64,000 bases of DNA, taken from NCBI GenBank assembly GCA_036384655.1, contig DASVLX010000155.1:10110-74109 (forward strand), given 5' to 3'. Each line of letters starts with the position of its first letter. The stretch's first letter is position 1. The notes under the pieces are model-generated. The model searched no databases and was not told the DNA's origin. It worked only from the letters and a program-made list of their open reading frames with translations. Below, one piece after another: positions 22,140 through 31,325 of this stretch. Made by a program: the position numbers and the translations under genes. This DNA comes from Pseudonocardiaceae bacterium. Its GTDB lineage: Bacteria > Actinomycetota > Actinomycetes > Mycobacteriales > Pseudonocardiaceae.

Positions 22140-24773
22140 TCAGTCGGTCGTGTCCGAACTGCCGATCGGGCGCAGGTGGCGCGGGGCCACATCGGGCCGT
22201 GGCCGCGTTCCCACGGTGATCCGGGCGGCGGGCACGGTAACCCCCTCGGGTGAGGCGATCACCGGGTCCAGCACCAGGTCACGAAGCTGCGGCAGGTCCT
22301 CGGCCATGGCCGCGACCCGCAGGATCACGTCCTCCAGGGCGGCCAGGTCGACCGGCCGGGCACCGCGGTACCCGGTCAGCAGCGGTGCGGCGCGGGGCGC
22401 TCGGACCAGTCGGGCCGCGTCCCGGTCGGTGAGCGGAACCGCCCGGTAGGCGCGGTCGCCGAGCAGGTCACTGACGATGCCGGCCAGCCCGAAGTACACC
22501 AGGGAGCCGAACGACGGGTCATCCTGCAGTCCGATCACGCAGGACACCGCGTCGGGGACCGAACTGGTCCCGTCGGTCGAGCTGTGGTTGCCCGATCCGG
22601 CTGAGCCATCGCCCTCGGCGCCGTTCGGGTGCGCATCGGATGGGCCCGCGGCGAGTTCGATGCCGTAGCAGCGCAGCAGCCGGGCCGACTCGGAGTCGGT
22701 CAGCTCGTGGTGCCACTGCGGCCGTTCGGTGCCGGCGAACTCCTCCGGTTCGGCGGGACTGACCGACTCGATCACCTGGTGAGCGCCGTCGAGGTCGATG
22801 CCGGTGGGCCGGACGACCTGGCCCAGCGGAGCCGAGCGCCACCTGGCGTAGCGGACGGCCCGCGCCAGCGCGAACACCGCACGCTCGGGGCTGGGATAGG
22901 ACGGCACCGAGCCGTAGCCGGGCGCGGCTCCCACCGGTCCGGGCACCGCGAGTTCGTCGGGCACACCCTCGGCGGCCAGGAAGGTGGACACGATCGGCTT
23001 GCCGGTGATCCCCTCGTTGGCCGCCAGATCCGCGACCACCTCGCGGAGAGTCCGGGCGTACGCGGTGCCGGGGACGACTAACGGCGGCACGAACACGACG
23101 ACCGCCGCGTCCACGTCGTCGCGGCGCAGGATGTCCCGGATCGCCGCGCCGAACTCCTCCGGGGATGCCTGGGCCCCGGTGTCGACCGGGTCGGACGCCA
23201 GCCGCAGCCCGGAGGCGAGGATGGTGTCCGCGGCGAGCATGCCGATGGCGGTCGAGTTGCCGACCACCCCGATCCGGTCGTCGGCCGGCAGCGGCTGGTT
23301 GGACAGCAGCAGCGCGGTGTCGAACAGCTGGGCCAGTGACTCGACCCGGATGACGCCGGACTGCTCGAACAACGCCTGCACGCTCGACTCGTCGATGGGC
23401 GCCGAGGTGGCCGCCAGCGACGGCCGCACCGCGTGCCGACCGGACTTCACCGCGACGACCGGCTTCTGCCGGGCGAGCCGCCTGGCCAGCCGGGCGAACT
23501 TGCGCGGGTTGCCGAACGACTCCAGGTACAGCAGCACCACCTGGGTCGACTGATCGGTCTGCCAGTACTGCAGGAGGTCGTTGCCGGACACGTCGGCCCG
23601 GTTGCCGGCGGACACGAAGGTGGACAGTCCCAGGCCGCGCTCGGCCGCGTCGGCGAGGATGCCGATGCCCAGCGCACCGGACTGGCAGAAGAACCCGATC
23701 CGGCCGGTGCCGGGCAGCCGCGGCGCCAGGGTGGCGTTCAGCCGGACCGCCGGGTCGTTGTTGACGACGCCGAGCGCGTTGGGGCCCACCACCCGCATGC
23801 CATGTTTCCGGGCCTCGGCGACCAGCCTGCGCTCGGCGCTTCGGCCGTCCGGGCCGGCGTCGGCGAACCCGCTGGACAACACGACAAGGGTGGTCACGCC
23901 CTTGGCCAGGCAGGCGTCCATCACCTCGTCGACGCCGGACGCGGGGATCGCGACCACGGCGAGGTCGACCGGGTCCGGAATGTCCAGCACGGATCGGTAG
24001 GCGCGCACCCCGCGCACCGACCGGTGTTCCGGGTGCACCGGGTACACGGGCCCGGTGAAGTCGGCGGACAGCAGGTTGGTGAGCACCGCGTAGCCGATCT
24101 TGGTGGGGTCGGCGGACGCGCCGATCACCGCGACCGAACGGGGATGCAGCAGGTTGTGCATGCTGCGCGCCTCGGCGGCCTGCTCCCGGGCCCGGGACAC
24201 CGCCACGGACTCCTCGGTCGGGTCGACCGCGAACTCCAGGTGCAGCACGCCCGCTTCCAGCTCGCGGCTGACCCGGTAGCCGGCGTCCCGGAAGACCCGG
24301 ACCATCTGGGTGTTCTCGGCGAGTACCTCGGCGACGAACCTGGTCAGGCCGCGTTCGCGGGCGGCCGCGGCCAGATGCTCCAGCAGGATCGAGCCCAGCC
24401 CGCGCCCCTGGTGCACGTCCTCGACGACGAAGGCCACCTCGGCCTGGTCGGTGTCGCCGAGCTGCTCGTAGCGGCCGACCGCGATCAGGTTGTCGCCCAG
24501 GAAGGCGCCCAGCGCCACCCGGCCGTGGTGATCGACCACGCTGAACCGCTTGAGGTCCTTCTCCGAGATGCGTGGATAGGGCGCGAAATAACGGAAGTAG
24601 CGGGTCCGTTCGGACAGCCGGGAGTGCAGCGAGACGATCCGGTCCGCGTCCGGTGGCGTGATCGGGCGCAGGTGGACCGTGCCGCCGTCGGACAGCACCA
24701 CGTCGGCTTCCCAGTGTCGTGGGTACTCGTACGGGTCCCACGTCTGTTCGGACCGTTCATCCACTTCGGACAC
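22140..24773 (-). CDS. Pat-type protein acetyltransferase: N-terminal GNAT fused to an ADP-forming acyl-CoA synthetase-like domain
   Basis: GTG at 24773, preceded by gggtgag, 20 nt after the upstream stop. GNAT motif VHQGRGLGSILLEHL, then CoA-binding PRSVAVIGAS..KIG, VVGPNALGV and an ATP-grasp-like C-terminus. The domain order matches the actinobacterial PatA type. Confidence 0.85.
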   Translation of the reverse strand: MSEVDERSEQTWDPYEYPRHWEADVVLSDGGTVHLRPITPPDADRIVSLHSRLSERTRYFRYFAPYPRISEKDLKRFSVVDHHGRVALGAFLGDNLIAVGRYEQLGDTDQAEVAFVVEDVHQGRGLGSILLEHLAAAARERGLTRFVAEVLAENTQMVRVFRDAGYRVSRELEAGVLHLEFAVDPTEESVAVSRAREQAAEARSMHNLLHPRSVAVIGASADPTKIGYAVLTNLLSADFTGPVYPVHPEHRSVRGVRAYRSVLDIPDPVDLAVVAIPASGVDEVMDACLAKGVTTLVVLSSGFADAGPDGRSAERRLVAEARKHGMRVVGPNALGVVNNDPAVRLNATLAPRLPGTGRIGFFCQSGALGIGILADAAERGLGLSTFVSAGNRADVSGNDLLQYWQTDQSTQVVLLYLESFGNPRKFARLARRLARQKPVVAVKSGRHAVRPSLAATSAPIDESSVQALFEQSGVIRVESLAQLFDTALLLSNQPLPADDRIGVVGNSTAIGMLAADTILASGLRLASDPVDTGAQASPEEFGAAIRDILRRDDVDAAVVVFVPPLVVPGTAYARTLREVVADLAANEGITGKPIVSTFLAAEGVPDELAVPGPVGAAPGYGSVPSYPSPERAVFALARAVRYARWRSAPLGQVVRPTGIDLDGAHQVIESVSPAEPEEFAGTERPQWHHELTDSESARLLRCYGIELAAGPSDAHPNGAEGDGSAGSGNHSSTDGTSSVPDAVSCVIGLQDDPSFGSLVYFGLAGIVSDLLGDRAYRAVPLTDRDAARLVRAPRAAPLLTGYRGARPVDLAALEDVILRVAAMAEDLPQLRDLVLDPVIASPEGVTVPAARITVGTRPRPDVAPRHLRPIGSSDTTD

Positions 24774-24793
24774 GGTTGGCTCACCCGCCCAAG

Positions 24794-25972
24794 TCAGTCC
24801 CTGGAGTCGTCTGGATCGAGGCCGTGCAGGGGAAACACGGCCCGCCTTGTGTCCATGATGCCGATGTCCACGGACTCGACCGCCTCGCCACCCCACCGCT
24901 CGAAGGTGACGTTGCCCCCGTCGGACATGGAGGTGGGCAGTGGCAGATGCGGCGCGACCTTGTTGGCGACCGCGACCCAGTCGGCCGGCAGCGGCGTGTT
25001 CGGGTCAAGATCGCGATCGAGCACCGTGGCCAGCAGATGGGTCCAGGATCGCGGCACCACGCGCACGAGATCGTAACCACCGCCACCGAGCGCCAACCAT
25101 TTGCCGCCGGCGTAGTCGACGGCCAGTTCGCGCAGCGCGCGGTAGATCGCCCGGTGCCCGTCCACGGATAGCGACAGGTCCGCCAGTGGGTCGTAGCGGT
25201 GGGTGTCCACACCGCACTGGCTGACCAGCACCTGCGGCCGGAACTTCTCCAGTATCGACGGCACCACCGCGTGGAAGGCGCGCAGCCACTGCCCGTCCTT
25301 GGTGCCCGGCAGCAGCGGCAGGTTGACCGCGGTGCCCTCGGCGCCGGGCGCGCCCACCTCGCGGGGGTATCCGGTGCTCGGCCACAACGTCCTGGGGTGC
25401 TGGTGCAGGGACATGGTCAGCACCCTGGGATCGCCATAGAACGCGGCCTGCACGCCGTCGCCGTGATGCACGTCGGTGTCGACGTACGCGATGCGCTCGA
25501 TGCCGTGATCGAGCAGCCAGGAGATGGCCACCGCGCAGTCGTTGTAGACGCAGAACCCGGAAGCGTGGTTGGGCATGGCGTGGTGCAGGCCGCCGGCGAT
25601 GAACACCGCCCGGTCCGCCGCGCCGGACGCGATCTGGTCGGCGGCCAGCACCGATCCCCCCACCACACGCGCGGACGCCTCGTGCATGTGGGGGAAGATC
25701 GGGTTGTCGTCGGTACCGAGACCGTGGCCGGGTTCCCAGGTCCCGCCCTCGCCGGCGGCGCGTACGGCCGCCAGGTAGTTGGGATCGTGGATCCGTTCGA
25801 TCAGTTCGTCCGCCGCCGGCAACGGGGTCAGCGTCCGCACGCCGTCCAGGACGCCCAGCGAGGTCGCCAGCTTGACGGTCAGGGCGAGCCGGACAGGCTT
25901 CATCGGATGCTCGTCGCCCATGTCGTACCCGAGCAACGCCTCATCCCACACGACCTGCGTTGACACGCCCAT
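24794..25972 (-). CDS. Histone-deacetylase-family (AcuC-like) deacetylase
   Basis: GGLHHA, DVHHGDGVQAAFY, GGGGY motifs. 392 aa. Confidence 0.88.
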   Translation of the reverse strand: MGVSTQVVWDEALLGYDMGDEHPMKPVRLALTVKLATSLGVLDGVRTLTPLPAADELIERIHDPNYLAAVRAAGEGGTWEPGHGLGTDDNPIFPHMHEASARVVGGSVLAADQIASGAADRAVFIAGGLHHAMPNHASGFCVYNDCAVAISWLLDHGIERIAYVDTDVHHGDGVQAAFYGDPRVLTMSLHQHPRTLWPSTGYPREVGAPGAEGTAVNLPLLPGTKDGQWLRAFHAVVPSILEKFRPQVLVSQCGVDTHRYDPLADLSLSVDGHRAIYRALRELAVDYAGGKWLALGGGGYDLVRVVPRSWTHLLATVLDRDLDPNTPLPADWVAVANKVAPHLPLPTSMSDGGNVTFERWGGEAVESVDIGIMDTRRAVFPLHGLDPDDSRD

Positions 25973-26030
25973 AACCAGACATTAACGCCTGGGTCAGGAA
26001 TTCCGCCCTCGCCGCGTGTCCTACCAGCGG

Positions 26031-26879
26031 TTATTGATCGCCGGTGGCGACCGGACGACTCGGGTCGGCGCTCCACTGTGACCACGAGCCGACATACAGT
26101 GCCGCCGGCTCGGCCGGGCTGGTGATCCCGGCGACCTCCAGGGCCAGGATGACCGAGCACGCCGTCACCCCGGACCCGCAGGACGCTCCGACCGGCTGGC
26201 CGGCGCGCACACCCAGTCCCTGGAACCGCTCGGCCAGCTCGGCCGGCGGCCGCCACTGCCCGTCCGGACCGACATGGTCGGCGCAGGGCGCGTTGCGTGC
26301 GCCGGGGATGTGACCGCCCCGAGGGTCGATCGTCTCGTTCTCGCCCCGGAACCGCTCCGGCACACGGGCGTCCAGCAGCACGCTGTCGGTGGCCAGCCTG
26401 GCCGCGGCATCCGCGTCCAGTACCGGCATCGAGCCCGGACGGACCTCGATGTCGCCGGGTTCGGGACGCGGGGTGGCCGTGTCCACCGGCTGGCCCTGCC
26501 CAACCCATGCCGTGTAGCCGCCGTCGAGCACGGCGACATCGGGATGTCCGGCCCAGCGCAACAGCCACCACGCCCGCGCCGCCACCGAGCCGTTGTCGGC
26601 GTCGTAGACGACCACCGGCCGGTCCGCGCTCACGCCGGCCGCGCGCAGGGTTTTCTGGAGGTCCTCGGGCGCGGGCAGCGGGTGCCGGCCGGTGCCCGGG
26701 ACCTTCCGGCCGGCCAGTTCGGTGTCCAGATCCACGAACACCGCGTTCGGGACATGCCCGCGCTCGTACTCTCCACGCCCGGGCGGGCCGTTCAACCGCC
26801 ACCGCACGTCCAGTACGACCGGCGGTGTGTCGGACTCGCGCAATCGGGCCAGTTCGGCCACGCTCATCAACGCTCGCAT
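26031..26879 (-). CDS. Thiosulfate/3-mercaptopyruvate sulfurtransferase (tandem rhodanese)
   Basis: Two rhodanese domains. Active-site loop SCGSGVTAC. EYERGHVPNAVF in domain 1. Confidence 0.88.
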   Translation of the reverse strand: MRALMSVAELARLRESDTPPVVLDVRWRLNGPPGRGEYERGHVPNAVFVDLDTELAGRKVPGTGRHPLPAPEDLQKTLRAAGVSADRPVVVYDADNGSVAARAWWLLRWAGHPDVAVLDGGYTAWVGQGQPVDTATPRPEPGDIEVRPGSMPVLDADAAARLATDSVLLDARVPERFRGENETIDPRGGHIPGARNAPCADHVGPDGQWRPPAELAERFQGLGVRAGQPVGASCGSGVTACSVILALEVAGITSPAEPAALYVGSWSQWSADPSRPVATGDQ

Positions 26880-27084
26880 AGGCGATATCTTGCCCGGACC
26901 AGCGGCAGGTGAACGTCACCGTCGCTAGCGTTGTATCGCGATAGGTAGCGATATATCGTTTATGGTGAGGGGTGCCAGCACCTTGCCGCTGGCACCTGAC
27001 TGGTTCGCGGCCCAGTCGCCGCCGGAAGATTCGCGGGGCACCACAGTGTTGACGACTAGCATGAGGGCCATAGAGAGGACTCGC

Positions 27085-27786
27085 GTGAACGATCTCATCG
27101 ACACCACCGAGATGTACCTCCGCACGATTTTCGAGCTGGAGGAGGAGGGTGTCATGCCCCTGCGCGCCCGGATCGCCGAGCGGCTCGGGCAGAGCGGTCC
27201 CACGGTGAGCCAGACGGTGGCCCGGATGGAACGCGACGGTCTGGTGATCGTCGCGGATGATCGGCGCCTGGAGCTGACCAACCACGGCCGCGAGGTCGCC
27301 ATCGGCGTGATGCGCAAACACCGGCTCGCCGAGCGGTTGCTGGTTGACGTCATCGGCCTGGAATGGGAACAGGTGCACAGCGAGGCCTGTCGCTGGGAGC
27401 ACGTGATGAGCGAGGCCGTCGAGCGCAAGCTCGTCCGGCTGCTCAGTCATCCCACGACCTCCCCCTACGGCAACCCGATCCCCGGTCTGGACAAGATCGG
27501 TGAGGGTGAGCCGGCTCCGCCGATCGAGCCCGGGCTGCTGCGGGTGGACGAGGTGGCCCGGCGCGGCGGCGGCACGGTGCATGTTCGCCGGATCGCCGAG
27601 CACATCCAGTTGGACATCGACGTGATGAGCGAGCTGCGGGCCGCCGGCGTAATGCCCGGTGGTGCCGTCGAGGTCTCGCCATTGGCCGACGGCGCCAACG
27701 GCGTCGAGGTCCGGTCCGGTTCGGACGGCAAGTGCGCGGTGCTGCAAACAGCGGTGGCGCATGCCGTCCTGGTGTACGCCGGATAG
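27085..27786 (+). CDS. ideR: Iron-dependent repressor IdeR/DtxR
   Basis: GTG at 27085 preceded by gagagga. [65 protein letters not shown], and a C-terminal SH3-like domain. Confidence 0.92.
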   Translation: MNDLIDTTEMYLRTIFELEEEGVMPLRARIAERLGQSGPTVSQTVARMERDGLVIVADDRRLELTNHGREVAIGVMRKHRLAERLLVDVIGLEWEQVHSEACRWEHVMSEAVERKLVRLLSHPTTSPYGNPIPGLDKIGEGEPAPPIEPGLLRVDEVARRGGGTVHVRRIAEHIQLDIDVMSELRAAGVMPGGAVEVSPLADGANGVEVRSGSDGKCAVLQTAVAHAVLVYAG

Positions 27787-27798
27787 CGGTGCCGCCAG

Positions 27799-28977
27799 TT
27801 GACTGACAACAATCCGGCGGCCCGAGCGGCCGCCGTGTTTCGCGATACCCACGGCAGGGCACCGTTTGGTGTTTGGTCGGCTCCCGGCCGTGTCAACCTG
27901 ATCGGTGAGCACACCGACTACAACGAGGGCTTCGTGATGCCCTTCGCGTTGCCGCAGCGCACCGCGGTGGCCGCCGGACCGCGCACCGACGGCATGCTCA
28001 ACGTGCTCAGCGTCGGCGACCACCGGCCGCAGCAGGCGCCGATGACGGTGATCGCGGACCTCGCCCCTGGCGAGGTCACCGGCTGGACCAGTTATCCGGC
28101 CGGGGTCGCCTGGGCGCTGCGCGAGCAGGGCGTGCGCGGTGGCGCCGACCTGGTGATCGTCGGCGACGTGCCCGCCGGCGCGGGCCTGTCCTCCTCCGCG
28201 GCACTGGAGTGCGCGGTGGAGCTGGCCCTGCTCGGGCTGGCCGGCCAGGAGTTCGGCCCCGGCGATCCGCGGCGCGCGGACCTGGCCCGGTGGGCCCAGC
28301 ATGCCGAGAACGATTTCGTTGGCGTGCCCAGCGGTGTCCTGGACCAGATGGCGTCGCTGTGTTGCACCGCCGCCCATGTGCTGTTCCTGGATATTCGCTC
28401 CGGACGGTCCGAACAGGTCCCGTTCGATTCGCGCGCGGACGGTCTGGACGTGTTGGTCATCGACACTCGGACGCATCACGCCCTGGCCGACTCCGAATAC
28501 GGCCGTCGCCGCCGCGGATGCGAGCGCGCCGCCCAACTGCTTGGTGTGCCGGCACTGCGTGATATCGGTCTCCCCGAGTTGGACGCGGTGCTCGACGCCC
28601 TTCCCGTGGATCTGGCGCCCCTGGTGCGGCATGTGGTCAACGAGAACGCCCGGGTGCTCAGGACGGTCGAACTGCTCGGGCTGGGCAAGCTCGCCGCCGT
28701 CGGACCCCTGTTGACCGCCTCGCATATCAGCCTGCGCGACGACTACCGGGTGTCCACCCCGGAACTGGATCTCGCCGTCGACACCGCGCTGGCCACCGGC
28801 GCACTGGGTGCGCGGATGATCGGCGGTGGCTTCGGCGGCTCGGTGATCGCACTGACACCGACCGAGCTTCGGCCCGCCGTGGAGAACGCGGTAACGTCCG
28901 CGTTCGCCGAACGGTCGCTCGGCGGGCCCCGGTTGTTCGTCGCCGAACCCGCGGCCGGGGCCGGCCGGGATCAGTAG
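27799..28977 (+). CDS. galK: Galactokinase
   Basis: APGRVNLIGEHTDYNEGFVMP and GAGLSSSAALE (GHMP kinase motif). TTG start as given by the ORF track. Confidence 0.9.
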   Translation: MTDNNPAARAAAVFRDTHGRAPFGVWSAPGRVNLIGEHTDYNEGFVMPFALPQRTAVAAGPRTDGMLNVLSVGDHRPQQAPMTVIADLAPGEVTGWTSYPAGVAWALREQGVRGGADLVIVGDVPAGAGLSSSAALECAVELALLGLAGQEFGPGDPRRADLARWAQHAENDFVGVPSGVLDQMASLCCTAAHVLFLDIRSGRSEQVPFDSRADGLDVLVIDTRTHHALADSEYGRRRRGCERAAQLLGVPALRDIGLPELDAVLDALPVDLAPLVRHVVNENARVLRTVELLGLGKLAAVGPLLTASHISLRDDYRVSTPELDLAVDTALATGALGARMIGGGFGGSVIALTPTELRPAVENAVTSAFAERSLGGPRLFVAEPAAGAGRDQ

Positions 28978-29082
28978 CCGGCGATCAACCCACATGACGT
29001 CCCGGGCGCAGTCGTTGCCCAGCGCGGCGTGCCAGAAAACGTCATCAGACAGAGCGTCACGGAGAGAAAGGCGAGGAACGCG

Positions 29083-30045
29083 GTGAAACTGCTCGTGACC
29101 GGGGGCGCCGGATACGTAGGCAGCGTGTGCGCGGCCCGGCTGGTCGAGGCCGGCCACGAGGTCGTGGTGCTCGATGACCTGTCCACCGGCCACGCGGACG
29201 CGATTCCCGATGGCTGCCGGTTCGTGAAGGGCAATATCGCCGAGGTGGCCGACCCGGTGCTCGCCGACGGTTTCGACGGCGTGCTGCACTTCGCCGCCAA
29301 ATCGCTGGTCGGCGAGTCCATGTCGGACCCCGCGAAGTACTGGCAGGGCAACGTGGTCACCACGCTGCACCTGCTGGACGCGGTTCGCCGGCATGCCGTG
29401 CCACGGCTGGTGTTCTCGTCCACCGCCGCCACCTATGGCGAGCCGGAGCAGGTGCCGATCACCGAGGACGCACCGACCCGGCCGACCAACACCTACGGTG
29501 CCACCAAGCTGGCCATCGACCACGCGATCACCTCGTACGCGACCGCGTACGGGCTGGCCGCCGTGAGCCTGCGGTACTTCAACGTCGCCGGTGCCTATGA
29601 CCGGTTCGGCGAGCGGCACACCACCGAGACCCACCTGATCCCCATCGTCCTGCAGGTCGCGCTCGGCCAACGGGACAAGGTGCAGATCTACGGCGACGAC
29701 TACCCCACCGACGACGGCACCTGCGTGCGGGACTACATCCACGTCGCCGATCTGGCCGACGCCCACCTTCTCGCCCTGAAGCACGCCACCGCCGACACGC
29801 ACGCCATCTACAACCTGGGCAGCGGCACCGGTTTCTCGGTGCGACAGGTGATCGAGACCTGCCGCGAGGTCACCGGACATCCCATTCCGGCGCTGCTGGC
29901 CGAGCGGCGGGCCGGTGACCCGGCGGTGCTGGTCGCCTCCAGCGAACGCGCCAAGCGGGAGCTGGGCTGGCGGCCACAGCGGGCGGATCTCGCCGGGATC
30001 GTCCGGGACGCCTGGAACTTCACCCGGGCACGCGCCGGGCAATAA
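29083..30045 (+). CDS. galE: UDP-glucose 4-epimerase
   Basis: GTG at 29083 preceded by ggagagaaaggcgagg. [11 protein letters not shown], catalytic YGATK, and [12 protein letters not shown]. Confidence 0.9.
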   Translation: MKLLVTGGAGYVGSVCAARLVEAGHEVVVLDDLSTGHADAIPDGCRFVKGNIAEVADPVLADGFDGVLHFAAKSLVGESMSDPAKYWQGNVVTTLHLLDAVRRHAVPRLVFSSTAATYGEPEQVPITEDAPTRPTNTYGATKLAIDHAITSYATAYGLAAVSLRYFNVAGAYDRFGERHTTETHLIPIVLQVALGQRDKVQIYGDDYPTDDGTCVRDYIHVADLADAHLLALKHATADTHAIYNLGSGTGFSVRQVIETCREVTGHPIPALLAERRAGDPAVLVASSERAKRELGWRPQRADLAGIVRDAWNFTRARAGQ

Positions 30046-30107
30046 TCCCGGCCCCGACCGGCGGAGTGACAAGGTCATCATGTCGGTCTCCTCAGTAGCA
30101 CGCGGTT

Positions 30108-31136
30108 TCATGGGCACAGCAGTTGTCGGGCGGCGTTGGACGCCGTGGTGACGAGTTCTTCGAGCTGGTCCGGGGGCATCCCGGTCAGTAACGCGCCACG
30201 CAGCAGCACGGTGAGCATGTGCCCCGGATACGCGGCCTCGGCCCGGTCCAGCGCGATGCCGGCCAGCACACCGTCACCGCGCAGGTAGGCGGCCAGTGCC
30301 AGCAGACATGCCGGTTCCGCGCATTCCGGGGCCGGCGTGGCACGCAGCAGGGCGGTCCACAGCCGCTGGGCCGCCTCCTCCTCGTTGGGCTGGCCGAACC
30401 GGAGGCAGGCATCCCGGACCTTCGGGTCGGCCAGCGCCTCGGCCGCCGTCACGATGTCGTCGTCGGTGAGCAGCAGCGCGTCCTGGCCGGCTCGCCGGAC
30501 CAGCTCGTCCATGGCCGCGAGCAGCCTCGCCGATGCCGGCGGTTCCTCGTGACATGGCTCGGCGTCCTCACTCGCGCGTCGGAGCAGCTCGGCACGCCGC
30601 ACCAGCACGTCGTCGTCCTCCGGGGCCAGCGTGGCCGCGATGTCCTCCCGACGCCCGTACGTCACCGAGCCGGCCAGCACGGTGGCCGCCGCCAGCGGTG
30701 AGGCGGCGGGATCGGGCACGATCCCCTTGCAGTCGGGTTCGTCGTAGCACCGCCAGAACGCGCCCTGCGCGGTCGCGGCCGTCCAGATCCGATGGATCAC
30801 GGGAATCCCGGCCGCCCCGAAGACCCCGGTGAAAATATCCAGCACCTCAACCTGCGGTGGGCCACACTCGTCCCGCGCCGCGCCGACCACGATCAGCGTG
30901 GCCGCCTTGGTCGACTGTTGGGTGAGCGGCATGACCAGCTGCCGTGCCAGGTCACGGGCCCGGCCCGGAGGCGGCGGCAGGTCCACCCGCAGCGCGACAC
31001 CGAGTTGTGTGCCGTCGCCGCGTAGGCCCAGTACGACCAGCGAGTCAGCCGGATGGAAGCCCAGCAGATGCGGGATGGCCGCCACCAGGTCGCCGGGTGC
31101 CTTGATGGTGATCTCGGTGTGCGTCGGTGATGTCAT
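30108..31136 (-). CDS. DUF4192-family protein
   Basis: ATG at 31136 (MTSPTHTEITIKAPGDLVAAIPHLLGFHPADSLVV) matches the typical DUF4192 N-terminus as I recall it. The 911-aa listed ORF 30108..32843 is an antisense extension over the peptidase gene. Confidence 0.7.
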   Translation of the reverse strand: MTSPTHTEITIKAPGDLVAAIPHLLGFHPADSLVVLGLRGDGTQLGVALRVDLPPPPGRARDLARQLVMPLTQQSTKAATLIVVGAARDECGPPQVEVLDIFTGVFGAAGIPVIHRIWTAATAQGAFWRCYDEPDCKGIVPDPAASPLAAATVLAGSVTYGRREDIAATLAPEDDDVLVRRAELLRRASEDAEPCHEEPPASARLLAAMDELVRRAGQDALLLTDDDIVTAAEALADPKVRDACLRFGQPNEEEAAQRLWTALLRATPAPECAEPACLLALAAYLRGDGVLAGIALDRAEAAYPGHMLTVLLRGALLTGMPPDQLEELVTTASNAARQLLCP

Positions 31137-31186
31137 GAGTCCACGATCGCCCCGGTACCACCGATCCGCGGCCACTTCTTGTCCCC

Positions 31187-31215
31187 TGTGGACAACCAGA
31201 AACCCTTGTGGACAA
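31187..31215 (-). promoter_or_regulatory. Two perfect Streptomyces-type DnaA boxes (TTGTCCACA), 20 bp apart
   Basis: TGTGGACAA at 31187-31195 and 31207-31215, each embedded in ccYTGTGGACAAC. The reverse complement is TTGTCCACA. They lie in the divergent DUF4192/peptidase intergenic region. Confidence 0.6.
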
Positions 31216-31325
31216 CGGATTTGACGGTTTCGCCTGTCAGGTGTAGGTGGCCGGCGAGGCGGACCGCTCGGCCGGGGCAAAGGCCCTGGTCGACCGCCGG
31301 GCCGTCCGCGAGGCACACTCGGTTC

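Noticed and set aside
25203-25211. Isolated one- or two-mismatch DnaA-box-like 9-mers inside CDSs, for example GTGTCCACA at 25203, TGGTCCACA at 35373, ATGTCCACG near 34587 and near 24867
   Set aside because: Single degenerate hits within coding sequence are expected by chance. Only the clustered, phased or perfect sites were reported.
26925-26965. AT-rich palindromes (atcgcgat, cgatatatcg) upstream of ideR, considered as an IdeR iron box
   Set aside because: Aligning them by eye with the TTAGGTTAGGCTAACCTAA consensus gave a poor match. They are probably just promoter DNA of the divergent rhodanese/ideR region.
25900-30117. Very long ORF (1405 aa) on the minus strand
   Set aside because: It runs antisense to five well-supported plus- and minus-strand genes (rhodanese region, ideR, galK, galE). 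The product is an Arg/Gly/Pro/Ala-rich string with no motifs. This is a typical stop-poor shadow frame in high-G+C DNA.
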